Source: Camelus ferus
Taxonomy: Eukaryota
Assembly: GCF_009834535.1 (NCBI RefSeq)
Contig: NC_045697.1
Coordinates: forward strand, 85,252,001-85,316,000
DNA length: 64,000 bases
Direction: 5' to 3'
In this document: piece by piece, positions 12,136-26,215 of the stretch
How positions within the stretch are numbered: the stretch's first letter is position 1
Layout of the letters: the number at the start of each line of letters is the position of its first letter
Translations under genes and position numbers: made by a program
The notes under the pieces: model-generated
Seen by the model: the letters and a program-made list of their open reading frames with translations, nothing else
What the model was told of the DNA's origin: nothing
Database searches by the model: none

Positions 12136-14276
12136 CTTTCTGTTCATAAACCTTTTAATGACATAGCTTGATTTCAGTGTATTTAATGCAATGTTGATTA
12201 ATTCTCATTAATTATCCTTCATTACTGCATTTGTTAAGTATGACTTGAAAGAACACTACAATGTCACGACAAAGACCTCTTTTCCCATTAATCTTGGCCA
12301 TTTCATTATTCTATATCCCAGGTTTCTGAGTCAATCCAGACTGGACTGTCTAGTTGTTAATCAGCAGTATATCTTAATTTAAGACTCTGTCTGTAGTCAT
12401 ATTTGTAAAAAGACTTGACATATTGATGAGGTGCTATTGGCTGCACAGTCATCTGGCGAAGAGGTAAAAATGCTCACACAGTAGACTGAAACGTGTATGC
12501 ACGTACCAGTACATACTCAGCACGGAGAGAGTGAAAGTGTGACACTTTGCCAGACCACATACTCACACACACATAAACTGCAGGCCAGAGTTCAAGTGGA
12601 AGAGTTTGCTTTCTGTTATTCCAAAGGAAACAGACATAAGTGTTTTCTGAATTGACAAGGCACATGGAACTAGGTGAGCCACATCAGGAAAGAGGCAAAA
12701 GAGCAGGGGAGCCATGTCAAAAGCCCCCGTACAGGGTGGGCAGTGGGAAAACAAACAAAACACACAGATCGTTCTTGGGGAGCTCAGACTAGTGGCAGAA
12801 ATACACATGTAAGTAAATCATTTCTCTCAGTGAGACCATGGATATATTATTCAGTTTGGGTTTCTGTTCTGGAGGTATGAGGAATATTTTTAATTAAATA
12901 TTTTTTAAGTTTTAAATGTTAAAAGTTTTAAATTCAATATTAAAGAGAATTTAATTCTAAATGAATAATAATAATAATAATACATTTAAATTAAATATGA
13001 AATATAAGACTCAGCACTTTTTCCTCCCAGAAGAATAATTTCATAGAATTTCTACTTTCAATTCTATTTCATAAATTCATTATCACCAATCTTATCACCA
13101 AAGGCCCAAAATCAATTGGGAAGCAAACATCCTTCGGCCCTGTAGCTTCTTTTTGGTTAATGCTTTGCTGCATTACAAAATTATGAGAGCGTATGCGCCT
13201 TTTAAATGATTTCTAGGGGCACCTCCTACTAGTGTCCAGCAGTCTCCATTCTGAAAGACACCTGCAAGCAGGCAGAATGCCACTGTGTTCTGTAAGAAAC
13301 AATCGGCCTGCACAAAACCTGCTTCTTTAGAAGAGCTGGGAAGTGGCTCAGCACAAGCCAGCAGGATCACCTTAAACCTGTCTCTAAGGTTGTCAAACCA
13401 CTGTATCCAGTACCTAGTAAAGGTCTCTGCACAGCACGATAAGACACCGTCTCTTCAAGCCATTTCCTGTGTCTGTGAAGTCGTAGTTATCTTTCCAAAG
13501 AGAAGACAGGCCACACCACCACAGCCAGGACAGTGTCACAGTCAGTAAACAGCGCTCCAGTGTCCTAAACAGATGCACGCGTCCAACGACTGAGGTGCCC
13601 GGGAGCCGGCAGCCAAGCTGCTGCCGCCACGGTCAGGAGCAGGCCCCTTAGCGCTCCATCATTCCAGCCAGCAGGTTGTCCCCTGAGCAGCGAATATTTA
13701 CAGAGACGTCTTCTACGTGCTTAGCATTATACTAGCTATCTTGAGAGGGATTTAGAAGGAATAAGACAGACTGTGCTCTGATTTACAAAGAGGCAAAACT
13801 ACAAAGATGAAAACTACAAGCCAAGAGAGGGCAGGGACAGTGAAAATTCTTGGTAACTTCTATCCGCACATATAGAGACCAAGTGTTTTACATCCGTTAT
13901 CTGTTTAATTTAATCCCCACAAAATCCAGAGGTAGGTATTATTGCCATTCGTTCACAAAGAGGAAAGGAGTTTTAAAGATTATTTTTACCACTGTGAAGA
14001 CAGGAACTAGATCATCTTTTTAACTATACTATCTCCAACGCTGAACACAGAGCAGACGCGCAGGAGCTACTGGTTGACGGAGTTAAAAACAAAAAACTGC
14101 TCAGCCAGTGACGTTAAGGGTCAGGAACCTATTGCTTAAAACTGCCTTCCTAACTAGTACCCGAATTGGGCTGGCTTCTGCATTCCGTCTGATTCTATAT
14201 TCTGGCCTTGTTTTGTCATTGATTCTAACCTCACCCCACCCTTCTAAAAAGCACATTTTCCCTCACTGATCCTTGC

Positions 14277-14799
14277 TGTAGCCAGCCTTGAGGATGGCCT
14301 CCAATGATGGCCCACGTTCTGGTATCCACACCCTTGTGCAGTCTCCTCCTGGGCTGGACCATGGCAGTGTGGGTCTGTGTGATTAACAGCATCCTACAGA
14401 AATGATGGTATGGTATGCCATTTCCAAAACTAGGTTATAAAAGATTGCTGCTGCTCTCTCTCCTACAGCACTTTCTTCAGGAGAAGCAAGCTGCTTCTCC
14501 ATGTCGTGAGGAGCCCTAGAGAGGGCTCACGTGGTTAAGAACTGAAGCCTCCTGCTAATAGATACATGAACTTGGAAGTGGGATCTCCAGCCATAATCAA
14601 GTCTTCAGAGATCAAAGAGCCCCAGCTGACAGCTTGACTGCAACCTCGTGAGAGTCCCTGAGCCAGAACTCTGGAACCACTTGGCTAAGTTCCTCTGAAT
14701 CCTTGACCCTCAGAAAATGTATGAAATAATAAAGGCCTGTGGTTTTAAACTGTGAGAGTGCAGGGGAAATTTGTCATACAGCAATACATAACTAATACA
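14277..14799 (+). mobile_element. MaLR MLT1E/F-like solo LTR
   Basis: TG...CA ends: tgtagccagcc..gatggcctccaatgat.. through gcaatacataactaataca, with internal cagctgacagcttgactgcaacctcgtgagag. Confidence 0.82.
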
Positions 14800-15389
14800 A
14801 CCACAGGTACATACAGATAAGATAGGCTAGATGAAAATCATTCTGAAAAATAGCTCAAAAGTCATGCTCTAATGAAAGCAATTCATAGAACCCTTGTATC
14901 AATCAAAAGCTAACAACATTTCCTATTTTATTATGGTTTCTGGATTGAGAGGCACAGAAAGTCCTACCTACTCAAAAATTTCCCCTATACCCAGCCTGAC
15001 GTGCTCTGATTCTGAAATTTTACTATTTTTAATTTCAATTCAATGTTAACTTTAGCTCGTTTTTAACATATTAGCTAGCAGCTAAGATGAGGGGAGAGGG
15101 ACCAACGGGAAAAAGAGGCCAGGACAAATATTGCCTAGACATGACCTTTATATGAAGGAGAAAAAGGTACAGTCCTTCCTTTGTAATGAATTAAGGATAG
15201 CTTGGTAACTTAAAAAAGATCAAGGAATATATGATATAAATTAAAATATATTTTTAAAAAATTAAATTGTTTTGCAAATTTTCAGCAGTTTCAAAAACAT
15301 CTAAATAGCAGGTTAGGATATATGGAAGGTTTTCAAAATCTGGATTGACTCCTTTATAAAGTATCTCAACTCTAAGGTATTAGAGACAG

Positions 15390-15625
15390 AGGTTCACAGG
15401 GTAGACAGGGAAGATAAATCATGAGGGATCAACTCCTAACCGGCTACCCCCAGGCTGTGTGGCTCAGGCATGTTACCTAGACTCCTGTGTGGCAGTATCC
15501 TCCTGTGACAAAGGGAGATGGTAATTACAGTGTCTTTCTCATGGGGTCACAGTAAGTATTAAGGTTTTAACACATATCACTACTTACTGGCACACAGCAA
15601 GCACGCAGAAAGTGTTAGCTGCCAT
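15390..15625 (+). mobile_element. MIR SINE
   Basis: gctgtgtggctcaggcatgttacct...ctggcacacagcaagcacgcagaaagtgttagct. Confidence 0.65.
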
Positions 15626-16389
15626 CATCATCATCATTATTAAGGATTAACTCATATTTCAAGGTTATCACTATAGATAACTTAAAGATATTTCTATGCA
15701 TATTCATTTTCCCTGCCAATAAATGACAACCTGAATGAAAATAACAAACTGATAACTAATAAAATTCCCCTATTCCCCACAGGAACATATGGTCACAGTA
15801 GGGCTGGAATTGAAAACCTCATAGGACCAACTACTTGTAATTTTACGTTAGTTTAAATTTTGACCCTAATGAAAGACAAATATGCACCTTACAGGAAGAT
15901 AGCCCATTAAAAGACAGATCTGCTAGTTACTGAACCGGTATTTTTATATTACTGAAGAAAATCACTAGAGAATTGCACTTTACTATTCTGTGACAGATTC
16001 TAGAAGTTCCATTTGTATAAACCTGATGGGAAGAAACAGAAATAGAGAAGAAACAGAATTGGAGGAAACTGCTTATAATTTTGGGTGTTAGTGATAAATC
16101 CTTTTGATATTTCTTTTTGTTGGATACTTGGTTGGCACCATTGCCATCTGAATTCTGCACCAACACTATCACTATTTGATAAGCTTGTCAACCTCTTAGG
16201 CTTGATGACAGTGGGAAGTCCTATTCAGGCTTTAAAAACATTCAAGTTCAGAATCACCCAAAGCAAGATACAGATCATTATGTTTATACTTCCTGCATTA
16301 TCTTTATTAAAATTTTTTACTAAAACAGAGAAATATTCCTAGTGACTTTAATTTCTTTTCTTTTTTTTTTTTAGTAACTAGCAAAAAGT

Positions 16390-16725
16390 CTTGAAGAAAA
16401 TAACAAAGACTGAGGACTTACGCTATGACAATCAAAATATATACAACTGCAGTAATAAAAACACTTGTTCTGGCATAGGTACAGAAAAATGGATCAACGG
16501 AAAAGAACCAAACACCTAGAAACAAATTCAAAATTATATAGTAACCTGATATAGCAAAGTTTATCCTGTAGTAAAATCAGAAAAGAATGGTCTTTTCACT
16601 CATGGTTATGGATCACCTGGATATACATATAAGGAAAAAAAGTCAATATTACCTGCTACTTAACAATATATTAAACAATTAATTCCAGGTGGAAAAAATG
16701 TAAATGTGAAAGGTAGGAAAATTAA
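16390..16725 (+). mobile_element. Old L1 (L1M) ORF2 3' fragment
   Basis: cagtaataaaaacac..tggcatagg..atggatcaacggaaaagaac..cctagaaacaaattca..aattaattccaggtgga..aaatgtgaaagg. Confidence 0.7.
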
Positions 16726-19700
16726 TTTTCCAGGAAAAAAAAAAAACTCCAAGTTGCTGCTGATCCACATTTGATCTCCCAACTCTGCCATCATGAAATG
16801 TCATGTGTTGCCAGAAAAGACTTCAGGATAAACTGCCTACGGCTGTCCATCCTCACACAAGGCTGAGGTAGGAGAGCAAATAACATGTAATAAAATAGCT
16901 CCCCTGGCAATGGGGGAATGAAACTGACATCGGAATCGGGGCAGAGCTGTGTTGCTATCACAAGCTCAGCTCAGGGCCCGGGTCCTCCTGACTTATTTAG
17001 ACCATCCCCAGATGCTGTCACTCCTTATGAAGTAGTAGATCAAGACCCAAATGTTTTTCTATAGGCTTCTTTTTCTTGGAATAACAAGCCACTTTGCAAT
17101 TTCTGTTGACAATATATTGTGAAAAGTCCCAAGGAAGGTATGTCTGGAAACATGTCCTTAAGAACATAAGGTACAACCTTCTATCTCTGAAATGTCCAAA
17201 GAACTCCAAGTTTCAACTTTAAATGACATAACTCTGTGATTAAACAAATAGTTTTCTAGCAAAAGATCACAAATTTTCAAAAACCAGCAAAACACTGAGT
17301 AGATCAATTATTTTTTTTCAAATATTACATATATTTTTCCTTCAGTGTAACAAAATTAGCATTTAATAAGAATCACCCGTTTCTTATGGAGCTTAAGAAA
17401 TTCTTTTGGTTCATTCAAAGCCACATCTTTACCATTTAGAATTTTCTGGTTTAGCTGGAAATATTTTTCATTGGTCTAAACATACAGTTCAACTGATTAT
17501 TCTCAAATGTGTGCACATGGGAGGAATTGTTTGCTTACAAGATCCTTCTTCAATAATTCAGATACTTAAATCATCATTTCCAAAGCAAATTTTCCAAAAT
17601 CAAATAAATTGCAAAATTAGAAGTATAATTGAGTCTCCAAAAAGGAGTTCCAATCCTCTGCCAGAACAGACCTCAAATTCTTAATCCCTTGTCCAAAAAA
17701 ATTGGACCAAGTATTGATGTTTTCCACCAAGCAAGCCACGTAGCCACAAATGTTTCTCATTTACTCCACTCCTGGGACATACAGCTCAAATAAAAAATTT
17801 CCTGAATACCCCAAATTTCCGATGCAATTTGGAATGCAAGTGATTTCATAATGTTATGCAGGAAACATTATGATCTTCTCTTACCAATTCAATGTTTCTG
17901 GAATGCAGTCCTCAGGAGGTTATCCCAACGAATCACAAGGCTGACATCATAGTCAGCCACGTGACCCAACTATTAAGCTCTCTGCCCCTAGTTCAGAAGT
18001 GACTTTGAACCTTGAGAAATCTGCTACTCCAGCTACTGTTCAAGTAAGAAAGACGTTACCCCCAAGGGAGCTAGCAAAGGTCCACACTGTGCTCCGTGGG
18101 AAGAAACATGGTAACAGTGCACTCGACCCACTTCTTAGGAAAAGCCAAAACCATGTTTAAAGGAATTAAAGGCACTGTCATCACTTCTGCACTGAAGACT
18201 CTCACAATGGCCTCTGTTCAGATTCTAATTCAAGTGTGAAACTTCACAGAGCCTCTAGTTAGTTTATAAATCCCATTCTAATCCCACTCCATTTCACCCC
18301 CCTTATTAAGTCAAATAATAATTTATTAAGAGTGCCAAACTGCAGTCATCATCTTTTGTAGATTCCTATTTTCTTTCAAGGAAAAAAACACAGTTGATAT
18401 AGAGGAAGAAAAGTACTGCACTGAATACACCGAATGAACATGAAAACTATTTTAAGTCTTAGAAATCATGGTTACTAAAAAGGAGACAAGTGTAGGTGGC
18501 TACAATATAGTGAAATAAATAAACAGGGCCTAGAGTAGCAAATGTGGGTAGTGAAAAATGGAGATAAACACTGACTGACAGTATTTCACTAACTAAAGAA
18601 TTCAGTACACCAGCAAAGTGTGCAGTGAAAGGAAATCCTCAAACAAGGATTACCTGAGGGATTCTAAGACAAAACTCAAAGCCGAGCACATAACACCTTG
18701 CAAGTTTGAGCCAGTAGAGAGAGTAATTGATGCTTCAGAAATAATAGCCAATGGGAAAAAATGCTCAAAATGGAATTTGAGAAAAGCTTAAAATCATTAT
18801 TTAAGCACAAGGATAAAAGAGTCTAGTTTAAATAGAATAATTTCTAAAATACAACAATGAAGAACCTCAGAAACAATGGGTTTCCTAAATTAGATTTCAT
18901 GGCTCTATAGGCAATTTTGATACTGGTAACAGTTACAAAGAAAGACTTAAAGTGAGTCTGTATATTAAAATTAGGACATAACCGAAGATCCTGTGAGACA
19001 CGTTGGCCTCAGAAAACTATGAAAAACATGAGATACTTGAAAAAAACTAATGTCCATACATTTAAAAAAGATCAATTTAAATGAGTGGTTGGATCAATGC
19101 ACGCTATGAACAATCTAAAAAGTGGCTTGAATATAGCTGAGTGCCAAAAGATCCTATTTTCCATCCCCACTCAGCCCTTTGGTAAGAGTCCTCACTCAAT
19201 TATCCACACAAAAAGAAACAGTAATCACACTGGTTATCCAATACTTACTTGTACTGAAAAAAATCTAGTTAGCCAATAATATCAGGAATGAAATATTCTG
19301 AATGACTATGTTTTCCGCTTCCTTTAGGACCTAATTCTGTTCACTTTCCCTTTTGCCCCTGTTGATTTTAGACTCAGAATTGGGTGAAATCAGCATAACC
19401 CTCAGTAAACTGTTAAATTCTCAGAGCTTTTTTAATAAGTAAATAAATGACATGATGTCCGTGAAGCTTCTAGAATAGTGCACATGGTAAATTCTCAAAG
19501 AGATGCTAGTTCCTTTATTCTTTTCCCTTCCCTCTTGCTTCTGCCAACCAGAGCTTTGCTTCCTCTTCTGCAGTTTAGGATTCAGGAGCTGAGTTTTCAC
19601 ATGTGATCAGTCAACTCCCCAACAGAACGTAATGTTTCTTTACTCTCTGAATGATCTGTTCAATGCATTTTAATTATAGAGCTCTCTAAAAACTTCTTGC

Positions 19701-19840
19701 CTTGACTTTTTCTCTTCTTCCCTTAATTCCCACTGAGAGATCACGGATCACTCACAGTTTGTAATATTGAGGCTAATATTGTGTGCAGCTCTCCACTAAG
19801 ACACAGGAATACAAAATTCAATAAAACATGGTTCCCACCC

Positions 19841-20468
19841 TAGACAGTTAATTTTATGTGTCAAATTGACTAGGCCATAAGGGTCCCTAGGAAATTGTTC
19901 AAACATTACTTTGGGTGTTTCTGTGAGAGTGTTTTTGCATGAGAATAACATTTAACTACAGGGACTTGATTGAGTAAAGTACATTGCCCCATACAATGTG
20001 GGTAAGCCTTGTCCAATCCACTGAAGGCCTGAAAAGAACAAAAGGGTGTCTGTCGCTCCCTCGAGTAAGAGAGGATTCTCCTGCCTGATGGCCTTTACCC
20101 TGGAACATCCACTCTTCAGGCCTGATAGCCTTTCAAGTGGGGCATTGGCTCTTCCTGATCCTACAGCAGCCTTCCAGTCCTTAGACCTGAACAAATCCAT
20201 CAGCTCTTTCTCGTGTTCCAGTAGCCTAGTCTGTGCCTTTGGACTCAAAGTGCGACATTGGCTCTGCAGATTTTGGACTTGCCAGCCTCCGTAACCACAT
20301 AAGCCAATTCCTTATTATAAATGTCTCTCGGGAGGGACAGATGGATGGATGGATGGATAGATAGATAGATAGACAGACAGATAGACAGGCATCATAGACA
20401 CAGATATAGACATAGATATAGACATACAGATCATATTGGTTGTTTCTCTGAGAACCCTGACTAACACA
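19841..20468 (+). mobile_element. MLT2 (ERVL) solo LTR containing a (GGAT)n(AGAT)n compound microsatellite
   Basis: Starts gttaattttatgtgtcaaattgactaggcca and ends gtttctctgagaaccctgactaacaca. Tetranucleotide repeats lie at ~20338-20430. Confidence 0.87.
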
Positions 20469-20863
20469 CTACCCTCAAGAAGCTCGAAGTACAGTTGTGG
20501 GGATATACCCAAGTAAGCTCTCTGCGTGAAGCCTTTCCTAAACAATAACAGAGAATATTGTGCTATAAGCCAAATAAACCATCAAACAGAAAAGCTACCA
20601 ATAAACATTCACTGAATGAATTAAAAGTACTTGAAAGCAGAATCTGCCAAGGACAATATCAGACCATGTAATTCATTCCCTCAAGAATTCTCATAGAGTG
20701 AGTGATCTGGTGTCAGTTTACAGCCCAGCTTGCCCGAAAGGGCAATACGCTGCATACGCTGACTAGATGAGATTTCCCTTCTTTCATGAGTTAGTTACTG
20801 TTATGTGAAACAGGTCATTGGGAAATAAATTTAAAACCAGGAGTACAGTTATAAATGAGTTCA

Positions 20864-21091
<228 letters not shown>

Positions 21092-22044
21092 TTAGCCATA
21101 CTAAAAACAACATAATATTTTTTTCATTAAGTATCACCTTTCTTATTTGCAGGTGTTGAAGAGATGCATTCCTCCCCTTAGACGTACATCCAAATAGAAC
21201 CTCCTCTTTCACTTGGCAGATGTCTGGATGACTCACAATTGCAATCAACTCTCAGAAACATCCTGTGTTGATAGCTCTTTTCTGGTCAAAGTTATTTATT
21301 TGTAGTTGCATTTTAATAAATGTGTTGCAATTGCAATTGTTCAGGGGATGACTACAATCACAGCCCATCCCTTTCTTCCGCAGAAGAGGGTAGTACTGCT
21401 GGGTTCCCCAAGTGGGAGGGGTGGCGCTCGAATAACCCTTTCAGTTTCTCTCTCCACCTGCTTACTGAATCATTCCCCTATGAGGAGAATGTGCTACTCT
21501 AACCAGCAGAATCTGACATCCACTGGGCCACAGTTTCATATTTTTAACTAGTGGATGAATAAGCCAAGTTCCATTTTGTCTTTTCATGGCCTGCTCACGT
21601 CTTGCTGAGAAGCACTGCGGGCTCTCTGGTTTTTGTCTCATGCCATAAGCCCTTCTGGTCAGATCTACCCGACTTTCAATTGCGGGAGGGCAGGTAACTG
21701 CAGAAGGATCAGGTCATCCATTGGACATTCTTGAATCCAAGCTGCTTCGAATCTCGTTTCTCAAATCCCCTGCATTGTAGGGTGGTGGGCACCTGCTCAG
21801 TTTAAAAAACTGTGCCAATCTCTACCTAATGCTCACTCTGTGAATGCGTTTACACTCAAGTGGGGCTGAGGAGAGGAGAGGGAGGGATAAGTGAGTAGCA
21901 CTTAGATCTCCAACACCAAGTAACACAAACAGAAGGGCTCTCAACTCACTTGGGGTGGGGAAAAATTCCAGATTCCCCAAATTTTATTTTATAAAATAAG
22001 ACACAACCAGCCTAATGAAGTATATATTTTCATGATACATTTGG

Positions 22045-22550
22045 ACAATCATTCATTCACTGAACACATGCTGAGTCCGTAGGGCGGTACCAGGCACTGC
22101 TAAGGCACTGGAAATCTCTCCGTGAACAAGACAGATGAAGCCCGACCTCATAGCACTTCAGAGCAAACAAGCACAGAGAGTCACTTCAGGTAAAGGTAAG
22201 TGCTGTGAAGACACCGACAGCACAGGAGGAGCACGTAGAGTGAGGGCAGAGGTGCTCTGCCATGTGAGGGGGTCAGGCAGAGCCTGTCTGACGAGGTGAC
22301 CTGTAAGGAGCTCTAAATGAAGGGAGGGCACAGGCCGGGAGTGCGGTGGGCTGGGGGCTCGGGAAAGGGCGTTCCCAGGCTAGAGGGACCAGCCGGTAAA
22401 AGGCAGATAGAAAGGGCCAGTGTTGGAAGCAAATTAGGAACAGCAAGGAGGCCATGAGGCTGGAACAGAAGGAGCAACCAGGAAAAGGGTGGGTGCTGAG
22501 ATCAGGCAGACTGGCACAGGCCGGATCACGCACTGGCCTGCAGGCCGGGA
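22045..22550 (+). mobile_element. L2 LINE fragment
   Basis: cattcattcactgaacacatgctgag..ccaggcactg..gtgaacaagacaga..aacagcaaggaggccatgaggctggaacaga. Confidence 0.75.
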
Positions 22551-25500
22551 AGCCATCCCTAGAGGTCAGGTTACCCAAACTCTGTTGTACAAAAACATCT
22601 GCACCATGCACTGCAAAGACTGATGTTTCAAGATTCTAACATATCTTGTCTGGGAAAAAACACAGTTAGCCTGCTCCTAAGATCTTGTATCTGCCACGTC
22701 TCTCAAACAATTCCTGAGTTCTCAAATGCCCAAGGATCCTCAGTTGATCATTTAAAAATCTCTCTAATGAAATGGCACACCCTCACTGGAACGAGGGATT
22801 TAATTTTCGATACTGTAATTGCTAAAAGGACTTAGGACTATAAATACCTCATATTTATGTCTCATCAGTTTAGGTGTGAAGCTATGGGAATTTATTAACC
22901 CTTCTCATTAAATAACAAACTCACGTTGAAAACATCTGCTTTGGGAGGTGCCTGAAAGTTGCCCTGCCTCCCTGCTTATCTGTCAACTCGGAACCCTCAC
23001 TGCCATCCAGGTAATGCCAAAGATGTCCAGCCACACTGCTAGGATAGATAGAAAGGATGCTCTATATTTTCTTCAAAGGAGACCCCAGTTCACATTCCTT
23101 TAAGCAGAGTAAAATAAGTAATTTTAAACATCCAGGTATGAAGTCTCCTTTCCAGGTTCCTCCACAGCGACAGTAACAAAATGATTTTTATAGACCAGCT
23201 GCTAAATTAAGCAGAACAGGTAGCAATGCCACTAGATACCCGAAAGGAAAATGTCTTCAGAACTGAAATTTTAAGTCCACCACTGTCATTGAAATCCACA
23301 CAAACCCAACCAATTTTACACAGGGGAACACCGCTGTTGTGCCTGCCCACGGGATAGCTCAGTTTGAAAGGTTAGCACTACTTACAGAAACTAGTTATGG
23401 CCCTTCTTAGCCATACATTTGTTCCCCAGTATTAAGTACAACATACATCAGAAGTGTTTGACACTTCAAATTCCTTCTTCAAAGATGTGAAACATAACAA
23501 AGGTTTCTCCGTGACTTATTATTGTAAGCCCATTTGACCAGGGGCAGTTTTGTTCTTTATACACTTCAGCACTTTGGCTCCAACTGTGTTCAGTGACTCA
23601 GTAGCTCATTTCCATACATCCCATGGATGTATGCACATTCTGGATGTTTATTACCTTCTTACATCATATTCCACCTTACGAGGCACGCACAGTTGAATTT
23701 TATATTCAAATTCTTACAAGATTCATCACTTTCAATAATCTACATTTACATACTATTACTTATATTTTCACAACACTCGTGATATACTGCAGTGGCCCAC
23801 ACATTCATCTTTGAGATAACTTTTTCTGTTCATTAACAGAGCTGCTGCCCATTTATTTTATTCTAAACATCCTTACCCAAATGACTCTAAGTTCCTACGC
23901 GGTCTCCACAGGCTACCTGTTTTCTCCAGCTTTCAAGTGGCTGATTGCGTCCTCAATCCTCCATCCCAGTCTTCAACACTTCACTGACGCTGTTAGATTA
24001 TCTGCTCACATGACTTTTATCTTCCTACCCTACAACCACAGCACTGCCTGCATTGAAATATCTAAAAGAGATCTCCAAAGATAATTTAATCCATCCCTCC
24101 TCTTTCCAGGGAAACCAAAGCAAAAAAACCTCCTAGACAGATGGCTGTTATTAAAGTCCCCATTTATCTATTTTAACTTGATTCTGAACCCTGAAGTAAT
24201 ACATTGAACATTTTTAACATCTAATGAATAAAGAAGATTCAGAATTCCTCTTAGTATCATGTTCCATGTTCCAGTATCATCTTTGCAGCCAATTTGTATT
24301 TTTTTTCTTTCAAAACTAGTCTTCCAAATATCATCTTCTTCTATTTGAATTTTCATGGAAATGAAGTGTATTGGTTTCTGTCCCACTGAGGACTGTCTTC
24401 CAAAAACCTGGGGCCTGTAATGAAGTCAAATTCTCATCTTGCAATAAAAACCATCTCAATTCCAAACTCTGTTTGATTTGCACAGTCTTCCTAAGCCAGT
24501 TACACAGAAAAAATTAGCTAAAGTAGGAAGAGGAATGAAAATCTTCCTGCTTCAGTCTAGCCATTCATATCTCTAGGACTTTGTCACTGTATATTAAATA
24601 ACAGTTATCACTGTGCAGGAACTCGGCAGTTCTAGTCTCTGTCAGATGCTACTGACGCTACTTTTCAAGTGTCCAAGACAATGTGCTACTGTGGCTCTGT
24701 CTTTTCTTTCCAGACTAAACATTATAAACAATGAACATAAGTCACCATCAATTTTTCTTCCCACCCAGCAAAGGATAGAGGAAATCACAAAAAGATTCAG
24801 CTCAACAAAGGAAAACCCTAATATGTAGATGAAAGGAAAAACTGGAAATACGTATCAAATCAAATATGCAAACAAATTTTTGCCTTAAATTTAAGTATTT
24901 TCTTTGTTAAATTGGGTCAACTATAAACAGAGAAGCTTATTTATTATTTGGATGGTTCATTTTCACAGTAGAAGGGTCTACAATATTTCTCTATGATTTT
25001 TCTTCAATTATTTTGAATGCCAGAGGAACTTCTCATTCACTACAGGCCACTGGGTTCCCAGGGTAAAGCTCATCAGCCAGATCTGTCTCCAGAGGTGGCA
25101 AAATGTAACCAACAGAATTTTATTTAACATATGGTAAAATGTAACGGCAGTGAAATATAGTCAGTTCCAAAAAATATAGCAATAATATCCTTAATAAGTA
25201 GTCACAATATGTCATGAAAATATATTTCCCTTTCTGACTTTCAACAAGACTTTTCAAAGAAGGTAGTTTTAAGCACTAAGATTTATAGTATGGATGCCTT
25301 TAGAGTGTAAAATTTCATCATATTTCTGTATTTAAATCACTGGCATTCTATCTGCAACTGTTTTTAACTGAAGGAAGGCCAGATGCCCTGACTTCAGAGT
25401 TTAATTACCCAGACTTCTGAATACCGAAGGACCACAGAACACTAAGTGTACTCAAATAATCAGTTCTGACAGCACACTGTTGTCAGATTTAAGCCAAAGA

Positions 25501-25639
25501 GAGACATACTTTAAGAAATCAGCAAAGATCATCAGTGAAAGCTGTAATGATTTATAATTTCTAAGCAAACAGTGTGAGTTTTTTCCTGTTGATTTTTCAA
25601 AGAATTCAGTCTAAAATTCTTTCTAGCTTTGGTACTTTT

Positions 25640-25641
<2 letters not shown>

Positions 25642-25676
<35 letters not shown>
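25642..25676. repeat. (AC)17 microsatellite
   Basis: Read directly; uninterrupted. Confidence 0.95.
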
Positions 25677-25679
<3 letters not shown>

Positions 25680-25929
25680 CACTGTAGCATATCTGCTTAG
25701 CTCTCCGCCCCATACTATCTAATAATCCAAATCCAGAGAAACCCCCCCCCCCAGCGTCAGACAGGAAAGCAGATGAACACAGGCTTTTAGAGATGCCTCT
25801 CTACTGAACAGCATCCAGAACATAATATACACAAAACAACTTAAAAGGACTGATGAGAAAAATAAAGTCTCTTTTTCATTACAAATGATTAGTGCCCTAA
25901 ATATTTCAAGCTGGAAGGCACGCAGGCAT

Positions 25930-26215
25930 TCTGGAGTGGTAAAACTGCTGGACTAGGAATCAAAAAGCCAGATGTGAGCGAAGCTCTGATGGCACCATGT
26001 TGAGTGAGTCACTTCTCGCTGAGCTGAGCCATGCTCTCCAGCCCTCTAAAGTGGGGGTGATAGTCCCTGCTCTGTGACCCCACAGACCACCACGGGAGCA
26101 TCAGATGGAATAAGATGCATGACTTCTGTATACCAATGGGTATTTTGCAATCATGAAGTACTAGCACACTGAGGAAACCGAGGCTCACAGCAACTAATGG
26201 ACACTCTTAAGAGAC
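25930..26215. mobile_element. MIR fragments
   Basis: ggactaggaatcaaaa..ctctaaagtgggggtgatag and ctgaggaaaccgaggctcacag. Confidence 0.55.

Noticed and set aside
13618..13642. REST/RE1-like site (GCCGCCACGGTCAG)
   Set aside because: Too many mismatches to the RE1 consensus in both half-sites.
18600..19150. Possible ancient CR1/L4-like RT remnant
   Set aside because: Only a vague resemblance. I could not recover convincing motifs by eye, so a Dfam search is needed.
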